From contig ADNK01002458.1 in the NCBI GenBank assembly GCA_000320545.1, positions 1-64,000 of the forward strand: a DNA stretch of 64,000 bases, given 5' to 3'. Made by a program: the position numbers and the translations under genes. This DNA comes from Bigelowiella natans CCMP2755. Its lineage: Eukaryota; Protista; Cercozoa. Shown here piece by piece: positions 1 through 13,039 of this stretch. The first letter of the stretch is position 1. Each line of letters begins with the position of its first letter. Under the pieces are notes generated by a model. The model did not search any database and was not told where the DNA came from. It saw nothing but the letters and a program-made list of their open reading frames with translations.

Positions 1-1465
1 CAACAAGAGCGTATTGGAGCAGCGTGCGGTAAGAGGACGAGAAGTAGGGAGGACGGAGTTCAGAAATGTGTATCGTCGTCATCATCATCAGCAGCAGCAG
101 CAGCAAGCATCATCTTCTGGTGTAGGCGGAAATATGGTGATTCTCATATTAGATCCATCAAGGCTACAACAAGAAGTAAGTGACATATCAAACTATGCAT
201 TGCTATGTATTGCTACATCATCTTATGTATTGCCATGCGTTACTACATCTAATCCCTTGCATTTGTGCTTACAGGATGACGATTTTAAGTACCTCGCAGC
301 TTGGGAAGAAGAAGACAAAAAAGCATCGTCATTATCATCATCTTCATCAGGACTACGAACAACATCATCATTTATGAAAGAAGGCAAGGTTCATCGTAAA
401 GCTACTACTACTACTACCACTATAACCCAAGAAGTAGTAGCGTACACTGCAACGATTAGCTAATATCCCGTTATTACATCGCTTCTTACTTATACCCTCT
501 TCATCTTCCTTGTATTCCTCCTTTCTTCTGCTTGCTTCTTCACAGGATAGAAAAGCTAGTAGGAATAATGAGAGGCGGAGGAGGGGAAGGAGGAAGATCA
601 AAAAGGGCAAGAATGTAGACAACTTCTACAATGTAGGAGGAGGAGGAGGAGGAGGAGGAGGAGGAGGAAGAACAAATCGTGGTTTGATGGGGAACGATGT
701 GGCTCTTCATGACTACTATACTGGTGACGTCAAAGCTGCTGCTGGTGATGATGATGATGCTTGGAATGCCGCAACATCATCATCATCATCATCATTGCGA
801 CCAGATGGCGCAGGAAGAGGAGGAGGAACTACTTATTTGGACAACAACAACAACAACAACAACGATGACAACGAGGAGGAGGAAGAAATGCTAACTAGTC
901 GTGTTGCTGGTGATGATCATCAAGACCAAAAATTGGCGTTATCGTCGTCATCTTCGTCGTCTCTCTCGCATCATCCCATCATTGGATCTCTTGAGCTTGC
1001 TAAGAAAGGTGTTTGTTGATGATTATAGATGAGCGGCAGCTACTTACACTACGACTGATATTAAAGCAGCAGCAGCAGCATTAATGAAGAACAAACAACA
1101 CATCAGAATTAATATGCAGCATGTATGCAGTTATCTGATGATGGCCATCTGCGAATAGCCCTACCCATCATAACTACATAATGTGCTTCGTCTCTTTCTT
1201 TGTGTGTCAAGAGCAAAACAACTCACTGCTGATGACACTTACTGTTATCATTATCATTCTTCTTCTTCTTCTTCTTCTTCTTCTTCTTCTTCTTCTTCAC
1301 TGACCATTATACTCATCCGCATTCTAACCTTCTCAGCTGGAGAAAGACGAGCTTTGCTGTGTTTGGATGCGAAGAGTGGTCAAGTAGGGGTAGTAGTAGT
1401 AGTAGTAGCAGCAGTAGTAGTAGTAGTAGTGCGTTCTAAAATAATATTGTGTACTTCGATGAAAA

Positions 1466-1510
<45 letters not shown>

Positions 1511-2355
1511 CGCGCAATCGTATAATATACAGCAAAATCACAGGTTTTTGCTGACCAGCAGCCTATTCTCAGAACCCATCAAGAGCATGAGTAAGAAGGC
1601 TATTATCATCACCATGATTATCACGTTGTTACTACTACTTTTCTTGCTTGATGTATGTGATGATGATGATGATGATTGTGCCCGATGATTCCTCCTTTTT
1701 CTTCTTACTTGCGGGAGATCATTATGTGTTGTTTTGTTGATAACAGGCAGCTGTCAATTGTACAGAAAACAGTGAAGCACTTCCATTTGATACTGTTAGT
1801 ACTAGTAGTACTAGATGATGATGATGATCATGATGATGATGATCACTATACTCATGCTCACGATTTATATTTGTGGTACTTTCTTCTTCTATTTTCCTCC
1901 TCCTACTAGTACTACTACTACTATTGTAGCGACTACAGTAGACTGCTATCATCTCTACCACATGTTCAACTTAGAATGAAATCATCATACATTACTGCTG
2001 CTTGATTAGATAATGATGATAATGATGATGATGATGATGGTGACGATGAACATGTTGCGTATTTAGGTATCCTTTTGTGGCCGTGGTTCTTGTCGTCGCC
2101 TATTTTCAGACTGCTTTTGATGCCCAACGCAAAGCACCGCAAGTAACACTTCCTCCTCCCTCCTCCTCCCTCAGTAGTAGTAGTAGAAGTTGTAGTAGTA
2201 GTAGAAGTGGTAGTTAAGAGTTTAGTCTGATGAAGAAATGATGTGTGAAGCAATGATAGCTGCTGCTGCTCCTCCCCCTCCTCCTAAGATGGGTGATGAT
2301 TTCTATCAACAACAGCTACAGGCACAGAATAACCAATTGAGTGAAAAATCAAGGT

Positions 2356-2387
<32 letters not shown>

Positions 2388-2449
2388 CTGCAGATCCACA
2401 ATAATAGTAAGCTAATAAATGAGAGTAGTAAGTATGATGTAAAAGGATA

Positions 2450-2485
<36 letters not shown>

Positions 2486-2716
2486 GGGGGGGGGGGGAGA
2501 TAGAGGGAGGAGTAATGATCAGCAACACTATTCCAACAACAACAACGACAACAACAACAACACAAACCTTGTATTGATATGATCATCATGATCTCATCAT
2601 TAGGGGTGGAGACGATACGGATCTTATACTCATACTGGCAGCTGTTTTCTTCGTTGCTGTTATTCTCATTGTTTGGCTGGTGAGTAGTACATGCATGCAT
2701 ACCTACACCTACATAT

Positions 2717-2753
<37 letters not shown>

Positions 2754-2908
2754 GAGAACAGCCCCTTACTTCGGTTGGGGGACTGATGAGCTCATTACTA
2801 TCATTAGAATAATTAATATATTATCTGTAGAAATATACGGAGTGTGTTGTGTTGTGCTGTTGCAACCCTAATTAACATCATCATATTATTCTCAAACGGT
2901 CGCTGCAT

Positions 2909-2941
<33 letters not shown>

Positions 2942-3047
2942 TCATTCCTACAGATTTATCGATTTAGAGCTGCATGTGAGCGCCTATTTAGAAAGGTATG
3001 ATGATGAGGATGATGAGGATGAAGATGATATTGATGATATTGATGAT

Positions 3048-3081
<34 letters not shown>

Positions 3082-3836
3082 CTAGATAGGTTAGTGTTGT
3101 GATACTTCTGCATCTATTGGCTCGTAATGATGACATCATCATCATCATTGTCATCATCATAACTTAGTTCCTAGTCGTCGATATATTGATGATCTACCTG
3201 TTCGGGGGTGCAAGTATGATTCTCATAGGCCTTGTGAGGCTGCAGGTTGGGTATACTACTACTACTACTACTACTACTGCTACTACTACATGTTGTGTGC
3301 TATAGTGATGCAGGTCACACTCCTAATCATCATCATCATCATCATCATCCAAGGAGAGAAAAACATGAGATTCAATCGCTTGTTGTTTTATGCTGTCATT
3401 TAGAGGCTGATGCTGCTGCTGCTGCTATTGATACTACAACAATTATTCCACATCATCATATCTGTTCTCTCTGAATACTTAATTGTTAGATTTTAGTTGG
3501 AAAAGATACATTCCTATTGCTGTCCTGGAACTTAGTAAGAACCAACACAAAAAAGCACACATGGCCAACATTATGACGACATCTCGAATAACATTGGGGG
3601 ATGGATTTTCCCATTGTTCAAACATCATCATCAAGTTGTTGCTGGGGGGCTATAGAAACACAGTCCTGCTATATGTGTGGTATCATCGAGTGGTAACGTT
3701 TGTTTGTGTTGCGGGTGTGTTGTGTTTGTACTAGGCATGTGGGGGACTAGCTTCCTTATATCTAAAGCTACCTGAAACTCTACGGAGATTCTACTTGGTA
3801 GTAGTAGTAGTAGTAGTAGTGCGTATAAGTTGTGAT

Positions 3837-3871
<35 letters not shown>

Positions 3872-4049
3872 GATACCACGGGTGATGGTGGTGTTTGGAT
3901 GCAGCAATATCCATCATTCTTATAAATAATTATCACCTTAAAGAGAAACATGGTGTTGTTGTTGTCGTTGTTGTATTCAGGTGGTTCTAAGCGCTATAAT
4001 GGCAGTGATGATGGTCAAAACTCCATAGATTGTTCTCATTGTCTTCTTC

Positions 4050-4093
<44 letters not shown>

Positions 4094-4433
4094 TCTCTCC
4101 CTCTCTGTAATGGTGGTGGTTGGTACTCGAGAGCAACAGTACACAACATCATCAAGTTATATATTTCTCGCTACTACTACTCTCATCCTCATCTGACTAT
4201 ATCCCCACCAATACCCAAACCACCAGGTCATCACATTACCATGGGTATTTCTGCTGATATTCTTGTCTCTAGCAGCATTGCTAGATCTCGGATCTGGATT
4301 ACACAGAAGGTAGGATGAAGTAGTAGTTTGTACTCACATAGTAGTATTAGTAGTAGTAGTAGTAGTAGTAGATGATGATGATGGAGTATGCGAAGCAGCA
4401 ATTGACGTGATAGACGATAAGAATCGTTTATCT

Positions 4434-4466
<33 letters not shown>

Positions 4467-5871
4467 ATACATATACATATACACACACACATAATAATAC
4501 ACTCCTCCTCGTTGCGACTCTAGCTACATATATACATGTTAATATGCATGCTTATTGTGGTGTTTGTAGGATGCGAGTGCTGGGAGACTTTATCAGCTCG
4601 GATAGAGACCTCATTCCCTTTGTTACTCCAAGGATCTTTTATGAGGTGATAATAGCTGCAAGTAGTAGTAGTAGTAGTAGTAGTAGCATCTGTAGCTCTG
4701 AATTTTATCACCACCCTAACTCCACCGTCGCATGTTTGAATTGGGAATGTGGTGGTGGGGGGGGTCAAGGAGGAGGAGGAGGTCATCTAATTGAATATAA
4801 ATTCCCTCTAGCTTCTTATAGCTTCTATGACGGCCATTCTCATCATCGTCCTCACAACCATGATTGATCGATGTCATCCATTATTCATGAAGGCCCCTGG
4901 ACTCCGATTTCGATTCGCAAACTTGTTTACCTATGGATTACTGGTTAGTAGGAGGAGGAGCTCCTTTCTCCTCTCAATATTCAACAATGATGATAATAAT
5001 CACCATCATTACATGTACACACATATACATAAATACTTGGTGCTACTATTCGATGTGTATCTGGTGTTAAGCTGCGTGAAAATTGTGTGGTGGTGAAGGA
5101 GGGGGAGGGGGGGAGGAGGAGGAGGGGGAGGAGGAGAATATATGCATAAATTAATTGTTTTCATAAGAGAAGGGACAACGATGATGATGATGATGATGAT
5201 GATGATGATACTGAATGGGTAGGTCGGATGCACTCCTGTGGGGACATCGGTGATGTTCTCAACCTTAACTATGATCGTTGCCGGGTTAGCGTATGGCCTC
5301 TACATTCTTCCGTAAGACATATACGGCGACGATGAAACTGATGATATGATAGAAGCAGCAAAAAAGTAGATGATTAGGTAGATACTGTATCGGCAAGATG
5401 TATTGATGTATTGATGTATGCATACTACGTACTAGTATTAGGGGGAAGATTATCTGTTTTATCATTCACACAGTGTAACATCAGCATTCTCATTTTTCAC
5501 ATCATAAATTAAGTATTATTTGTTTTTGTTTTGCTGCAGTTACCACCAGAAAAGGATTCGGCCTTTACCCCTTTCAATGTTTGGTCTTGTATTTTTTGCG
5601 TACGTTCATTATCCGGTAGGAAACAATAAATGATTCCCAACTCATCGGTAGGGGTGGAGGGGATGGTGAAAATATTATTCCATCGCAAGTAAACTCCCTA
5701 TTCCTCTCCCTCCCCCCCCGCACATAAACCCACACGTACCTTGTTCTTTCTTTCTTTCTTCTTTTAAGTCGAATAATGAACATTTATGAATTTTTTCAGG
5801 TAATCCGGCCTTATGCACGTGCAATCAACTATTTGTTTCCCTTTGATGGTTCAGTAACAACCACGGTATAG
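1..5871 (+). CDS. Presenilin-like multipass membrane protein, divergent and probably catalytically dead; multi-exon, 5' end outside window
   Basis: GT-AG-bounded exons 3735-3797, 3981-4013, 4227-4309, 4570-4645, 4893-~4947, 5223-5311, 5540-5615 and 5800-5871 join to ACGGLASLYLKLPETLRRFYL-VVLSAIMAVMM-VITLPWVFLLIFLSLAALLDLGSG..IPFVTPRIFYE-APGLRFRFANLFTYGLL..MIVAGLAYGLYILPYHQKRIRPLPLSMFGLVFFAYVHYP-VIRPYARAINYLF..*. This is colinear with presenilin TM4-TM9. Upstream exons give TM1/TM2-like YPFVAVVLVVAYF and LILAAVFFVAVILIVWLIYRFR. Confidence 0.85.
1240..5215. repeat. Dense intronic microsatellites ((TCT)n, (TAG)n, (CA)n, (GAT)n, (CT)n, (GGA)n); similar clusters at ~15950-24800, 42140-43580, 49380-51350 and 57300-63080
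   Basis: Directly visible tandem di- and trinucleotide runs inside GT-AG introns. Confidence 0.95.
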
Positions 5872-7398
5872 CATGTTTTTCTTCCTACATCTTTGCTGCC
5901 TTGCAATGAATGATAGTTGTCAACTTCGACCTGAAAGAGAAAGGTTGAGCTTTCAAGCATGAGAGAAAGGATTGTAAAAATTGAGGGTAAAATGCCAAGG
6001 TCTTGTTTGTGCCTAGAGTGCATCATCATGTCTTTATAATTTTATGCCAAGCAACATGTGTGCCGAATCGAACGAAAACCCGTGAATGCGTGTGTCTAGA
6101 TCTAAAGATATGTGCGTGCGCTCTGAAATGTTCTGGCTACGACATCATATTAGCATGGACCTCATTGTCGGCAGATAGCAGTTCTGACAAATCCGTGCAT
6201 GCTCTGTGTGCATTTAGATGCATGCTCAACCTCGCACACAGCGCAGTCACATTGTGACACTAGCTAGCTAGCTGCTAGCTAGAGTGTGGATACGATACGT
6301 GCCACTCCAGCTCTTTGCAACTTTGACATGCTAGCATGGGCTAGATGGGTTCTGATGCTTGCTAACTTGTGTGGCACAATCAGCTGATAACTAGCTAGCT
6401 AGCTAGCTCACATCTGCTAATTGCTAGATTGCCTGAAGCATTTAGACATCTGACATGCATCTCTACATCGCCATTTCGTCCAATCTCACATGGAATCTAG
6501 CTAGCAATCCCTTTAGTCGCCCCCTAGCTAGCTAGCCCTGCATGCTAGCCTGCTGACCCACGTTATTCATGTCCCAGATCCACAGATGCACAACAGCGTC
6601 GGCATGCGCATGCGACGCTCTAGCGCTGCTCTGACACTATAACACGATGCATTCACGGTGTGCATGAAGGTGCGTGTGACATGCTGTCTAGATGCGACTG
6701 GACGTCTAGGTGCGCGACAACAACATGTGTTGCTGGCTAGCTGGTGGTGATAGCACAAGTCTCTCATGCACCATTCTAATCCATGATGCAATGAAAGCAC
6801 ATGGGAGAGCAATGCATACGCCAACGCGATGCTCTCCTAGCTGGCACATGGCTACTAGGCTACAATATTACACATCATTAAATAAAATGAAAAATATCGA
6901 TTCTAAAAGCAATTACATCTAGACATATGATAAGACATACGCCAAGCATTCTTTTGTATTCTCTTCTTGTAGTATTATTATTAATAAAATTTTTCTGCAA
7001 ACATAATTAAGACCTCACATTCTGCAACGCGTTAAACAATAAAAAATGACTGCTTTCCTTCTCAGCCATTCTACAACCTATAATCTATCTAGAAATGTTC
7101 TTCTCTATTCATGTCACTGCTACCAACTGGTCAATATAGAATATCCTAATCCTTCCTCAACATGATGAAAACGTAAACGTCCTCCGATGATTATCTCCTT
7201 TTACACAACCCGAATAACCTGGGCTGGATTGTGGATTAAAATTTTAGTCCGTATTATTCTCTATGAAATATTAGAACAGTTATTGCCATGACTCTATATA
7301 ATTCTTTACAACGTACAGAAGACGTATCCAAGGTACTACTCAGAAATCATGAGAAGCAAGGAATCATTAGGCAGGGTATCATTGATTCTCCGACAACT

Positions 7399-10300
7399 TC
7401 AGAGTGTGGAAGAGCGTAAGGCTTGAGGAGTAGAGGGAGTTGTGGATTCACTTCTTATCGACACCACAGAAGGAGTTGTGGATTCACTTATCGACATCAA
7501 CACATTGTTGGAACAACGTGCAACCATATTACACTGTTGTTGCTCCATTGGCGAAGAACTTGGTTCCTTTGCGGTAAGTTCTACTACAATCACTGCAATG
7601 TTATCTCTGCTAACCTTTTTAGGGCTTGCAGTAGTTATGGTGTTGATGATTATTTGGCAAGCGTCTGATGCACTCCTGGAATTGAGCACCAGTTCTGCTA
7701 CTTTAGTGGAACTTATGTAGTCCCACACACCATCAGATGCAATCACTAAATGGGAGTCTTCCTCTCCAATTTCCGTCTCAGAAAAGTGTGGCTCAGAAAT
7801 CAGACCGTAAGAGGACATACACAAATCACCAAATGCTCGCGTAACGGACAGCATACCCATAAATCTACCACCACGTACATTTCCTTTTTTACGCTCTATT
7901 CGTGCTACTTCAAGCTTATGATCAGGCTTATGTCGGCATATTGTGCTTACTTCCACGGGTCTTCCTTTCCTTATCAAAATAGCTCCAGAGTCACCAACAG
8001 ATGCGCTATGCAACATCTTGATTCCTGTGTGCATATCTTTGCGGACTAGACAAATTTGGCCGGTTGAACCTTGGTATTTACCCTTGTCGCTTAATAAACC
8101 GGTCATCACATCGGCAACACGTACACACGCTCTTTTCAACGCTAGCGCAGGTCCAGATATTATATCCTCAGCTTCGAAGAAAACAACAGGATTTATATCA
8201 TCATCTTGGCACTGTGGGCCAAGACTCATTTCGACGCTGTCCATGTCAGTGGATCTTCGTCTCTTGAGCTCATCATCATTAAAGAAATTTCGGAGGAGAC
8301 CCCGATGTTTGATACGGGTGAGAGTACGCGGTCGAGGAGGGGTGTCAGTAGTTGATGATGCTTTGTTTTTGTGATGAGAGTCAGTATCCATTAGGTCGTA
8401 CATGCTAGAAACCTTCTTATGTAGTGACCCAAGGCTGGGTCTGCCGAGGCCCATCCTATCTCCCTTCAACTTTAATTTTTTCAACTCTTCTTCAAGGAAG
8501 AAAGGGAATGTAGCTGCAGCAACATCTGCTACATCCTTGCCATCATGCCCATCAAATACGGCAAAAAGTCCCATTCCAAGATCACCACAGAAACCATCCT
8601 TTACTATAATTCTGTCTTGATGTTCCTTGATGTCATCCACCATAGCAAAATTCGGTTCTTCTATAGCGCAACAATTGTGAACCGAACACCATTGTCCAGA
8701 TGCGCGCAGGGTGCAAGGTCTGTCTTCTCTAGGCGCGTAACAAGTGGTAACTGTGTACTGTAAAGATGGCGCAGCCGGGATTCCAAGAACATCTCCACTA
8801 GACAAAGGGCACATTTGATTTCCAGAATAAGAAGTGAGATTTTCTGCACTTCTTCTCTCTTTGCTTTCTGTCTTGCCACAGAGGATCACCTTGAAAGAAT
8901 GATTAGCATGCGCTTGTACAACAAGATTCTGATCTTTCAGTCGTAATAATGCGAACTTCACATTCATCGTCTCGGTACCGTCAGTTGGGAACCTAATTCC
9001 GCATTCTTTCGATACTCCTATATCTAAACCTTCACGTGAAGGTATTTTCACTAAAATTTCTGACTCCGATCCGTTACATTTCATTGTAAGCCTTGCACTC
9101 TGACAGATAGAGAAAGAAGAGTATTATACTAGGTATGCTTTTTCATAAGTGAATTAATTATATACCACGGCTGCGGAGTCATCGTTATCTTCAATGATTT
9201 CTCTAAAATTTAATTGAAAATTTTCGCCGAATTCCAAGCAATCGCCGGGACGAATTTGATGCCGTTTCTGAAAAAAATACTAGGAGTGAGGGCTTATTCA
9301 TTTGATTTACCGGCAAGATTACCCGAGTTACGGTCACAACGCTGTCGCAATCAATTGCATGGCAACCGAAGGCGCCATCTTCAAATAAAATCTGCAAAAT
9401 TTAAAGCAGCAGCATATTAGTGAGCTTGGATTTGTCACACTCCGAGGTACATGCATTACCTTGAAGTGTTCCGGAGCAGCTGGGGAAGGCAGCGCAAATC
9501 CTTGTGCAACGTCCTTCACTGATGAACCAAAAAATGCGCCTCCTACTCCTACTGCAAATTCGTCTCTAACTTCGATTTCTGGTTGCTGTTGCTGTTTTTC
9601 ATTTTCTTGTTTCCCATCCTCCTCATCATCACTAGACGTGTCACCCCAATAGCCTTCCTCAGCTTCATCTTCATCATCACTGCTGTTGTTATTCTGAGTG
9701 GAAAGATAATGGTGAACATCACTCTTAACATATTTGAATTTCGCATAATCACCTCGCAAATGCTACCAACCATTGCCACCTCAGGGTCAACCATAGATTC
9801 CTAAGCATGGTCACGATGTTACGATACATTCGGAAGTGTATCAAAACCACGTCGGGATTTTTATCATCAGATTCTAATCTAAAATAGAATACCGTTTCTG
9901 TCGTCCCTTCATTAATGTCGGATTTTGAATCCAAGCCACTGTGATTTCTCGTTTCTAAAATGACCATTAATTTTAGTTTGGCAAGCAATATCATTGAGAT
10001 GAAGCATTACCACTTTCACTACTGCGAGAATCTTCCTTCGAATCAAAATCGGAATGTCTGAACCCAAATTGCATTTGAAATTATGCTTTCGATCTTTACA
10101 AAGATTTCAAAAATTTACCTTGCTGCCTCCTTACCCCGCTTTTCTTCATCTGTTAATGCTCTCTCAAGTATACAGTATTTCCCATCTTGCTGTCTTTGCT
10201 CTTTCTCAATCCTTACCCTGTATAATATGAATAATCACGCCATTAATCATGTTCGATCAAAATTGATGTAAACATAAAACTAAATGGCGGAACACCGACC

Positions 10301-10433
10301 TCGCCTTTATCAATTCTCTTTGCTTTTCATCATGCCGTTGATATCGAGGTCTAGGATCACTTGGATACGATCGGCTAAATTCTTGATTTTTCAACGTCCC
10401 TAATTTTGTGCTGGAAATATTGAGTTTTTCCAT
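7399..10433 (-). CDS. PPM/PP2C-family Ser/Thr phosphatase with N-terminal extension containing degenerate FHA-like beta domains; multi-exon, large last exon 7399-~9100
   Basis: ORF 7399-9084 carries PP2C motifs FAVFDGHDG, SVGDSGAIL, HKPD, LSVTRAFGD, LVIASDGVWD and DNIAVIVV. Upstream GT-AG exons run to a candidate ATG at 10433, which is tentative. Confidence 0.9.
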
Positions 10434-10829
10434 GTTACCCCACTATGGGGAACAGCTCGAAGAACCTCAATCCGCCTTGTTGGAAGGGGGGGATTAAAGG
10501 AAAGTGAGAGTTAAGATGAGGTGGAGGCTGGAAGCAAAGCCGATACTTTACTTTACATTAACAGTGTACGACATGAATTTAGTCATGTCTTTATTAATAT
10601 TTAGTTTGTCATTTTGCTTTTAGACGCTTTCTCTATTTTTATTCCCATTTGAGTGATTTTCAGATTTTAGGGAGAACACATCTTGCGTTAGAATCCCCGT
10701 AAAACATTCTTCCTAAGTTGGATGCGACAATTGAATGTGCAAATGAGACTTCAAAAGTTTTGGCGTAGATCTAAATTGAATGTCGATTCAAGAACCTATT
10801 TTTTCTAAATTTTGACATGGCATCATCTG

Positions 10830-11900
10830 CAAATGTTTTGGGACAAAATGGCCTGTCGCAAACGGGGAAGTGAAACATCCCAATGTCTTGGCCGGAGAAT
10901 CGCAAGTCTAGAAGTGTCCGAATCTAGCAATGTGGCACCCTTCTGGTTTTCCAGTTGGTCCTCACTTTAGCTAGTTCGAGGCACTGCTAGACTGCGTTTC
11001 GCACACTGCAAATGTCTTGCAACATTTTGGAAGTGTGGTTCATCATCATTGTTCATTGTGCGGATTCGCCAGATGGGCGTGGGATTTTCGGTCGCGATGG
11101 ATTGTGTCATGGACGTTTGCCAAGCTAGCAAGTTTGGGAGTGTGGTTGAAGCAAAACATTCCTCAAAGTTTCTTCACCTTTGTTTGTCATTTCGAATGTC
11201 GGATGTGTTTGATGCAATCGAATGCATGACGCATTGCGAAGATCAGAAAAGACTTTTCGTGATCACGACAATGGCACGGTCTAGCGGTGCTAGCGGTGCC
11301 CTGCTAGCTGCGCTGTGGGTTTTTGCCATGTCGTTTTCAACAAAGATTGTTTTCAAAAAAGACACGCGATCTAGGCGATGTGCCCATTGCAATTCCCGCC
11401 ATGTCATTCCAGCAATTCAGTTCGTGAAATTTGCCCACTGACGACCTGCTGCTCATGTCAGCTGCACAGCATGACAGTGGCTAGAGCAGCCAGAGTGGGT
11501 CGTCAATGATGGACACAGTGATACCACATGTAGTACAAATGTGATGTTACATGTCTAGACACAGTAATAGCACATATAGTATATACATGACATTACATGT
11601 CTACAATGTCAGTCGTCAGCAGGCAAATTTTCATGTTGCGCATTTTGGCAAATTTTGCTACTGCGGACAATGGGGAAATGAAATGTGGGGTGTGGCCCAT
11701 GAGCGGCGGCGCTGCACCACAAACTAGCAAACTGTGGAACTAGATGTGGCGCACGATTTGCGTGTTCGATGCAACACTCTACCAGTGCACATGCATGACC
11801 ACCACACACGCAATGTGGTGCGACATGAGTGCGTCATCGTGCCCACGCCATACTGTAGTTGTACTGCACACCCGTACACACATGTGCATGTGACTGAATG
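10830..11900. other. TpA-depleted, CTAG-sparing intergenic zone 1
   Basis: Hand count for 10861-11520 (660 nt): 11 TpA, 10 of them within CTAG. CpG is plentiful. Confidence 0.85.
11423..11635. repeat. Imperfect ~23 bp inverted repeat enclosing ~165 bp (possible MITE-like relic)
   Basis: cgtgaaatttgcccactgacgac (11423-11445) matches the reverse complement of gtcgtcagcaggcaaattttcatg (11612-11635). Confidence 0.5.
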
Positions 11901-11990
11901 AATGTCGTCAACAACACAAGGAATGAGAGTCCGTGTCTTAAGCTTAGATAAATGTCATGCAACTTCGATTGAAATGGCTTGACTCGATTT

Positions 11991-12903
11991 TCATTTGGAT
12001 GCTGCGTACAATTTGCAAAAATCGGGAGCTTTGTCCTTGTAAGTTTTGCGAAGACCCTAATGGAAATGGCAGGCACAAAATACCATCGTTAACAAGAGTC
12101 TTGTGAGTCCCGCTGCACAGGGTATTTTCGGTAAAAATTCGGGGGATTGTTGAATACTGTTCCAAACTGAGATCGAGAAAATTAAAATAGGGCTTTAGGC
12201 CGCTGACAACACTTCATTCATACCGCTTCCAGTTTTCCCCATTTGCCCGTAAACCTGGTAAATGGAAACATTGATAGTCAAATACAAACTGTTTTGACTA
12301 AATTCAGGTGTTTCCTACTTCTCCATTATTTTATCAAGATTTCCCAGCTTTTCAGGACAATTCTGAGAGTAGAATTTTTCCAGAGAGCTTCTGATAAATT
12401 CCGCGGGAGGATACGACTTCACGGTTGCTTTGCTCCCCTCCGTTTCTGCAATCCTCTTCGCACGCTCCCTTGCCTTTTTGTCTTCCTGCAAGAACGTCCC
12501 GACGTTATCATGCATCTCTTACAATCTCAGTTAATATATTTTGAACCAATGTTAGAATAATCATACCAGTGCTTTCAACTTAGCTGCTTTTTCTGCTCGC
12601 AGTTTCATTCTTATTTCACGCTCCTTCTTCGCCTGATATGATGCGTGTCATTTTACCGTCTCTCGAAACATGATCGAATATTCTTACCGCAGCTATCTGA
12701 GCCTCTTGATCAGCGCCTCCCTTTCTGGCCATCATTCCAGCCTTTCCGCCACCACCTTTTCCTTCGGAAGCTTTACGTTTCGCTGCATCAGCACGAGCAC
12801 GGGCGATTTTCGACGCGTTAGATCCCTGAAATCGCCAAATCATCAGCATCATCACTTGATCCTAGTACGTGGATCCTAAGAACGTGATGACCACCTTTCC
12901 CAT
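11991..12903 (-). CDS. Small basic protein: SERF/4F5-like Lys/Arg/Gly-rich N-terminus, coiled coil and a small C-terminal helical domain
   Basis: Spliced product MGK|GSNASKIARARADAAKRKASEGKGGGGKAG..AQIAA|AKKERE..KLKAL|EDKKARE..LEKFYSQNCPEKLGNLDKIMEK|FTGKWGKLEA|GLRKTYKDKAPDFCKLYAASK*. All junctions are GT-AG and in frame. Family call is by resemblance only. Confidence 0.7.
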
Positions 12904-13039
12904 TTCCAATCTTAGTTCGATATGTTCGTTGCCAGCGCTGTCTTGTCAAGGTAGACCCCCCCTGGATTTATGTGAGGCTCAATGTCGATTGCGGTGTTGT
13001 AAAATTCAGGTCAATTTACATCTGCGACATGCTTATAAT

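Noticed and set aside
4571-4595. VLGDF as the presenilin GxGD catalytic motif
   Set aside because: It lies in the loop just after TM6 (aligning to PLRMLVETAQ), lacks the first Gly and is followed by polar residues. The TM7-equivalent position is RFAN.
1183-5233. Poly-amino-acid ORFs (poly-S, -T, -I, -H) in the ORF track
   Set aside because: Translations of intronic microsatellites, not real proteins.
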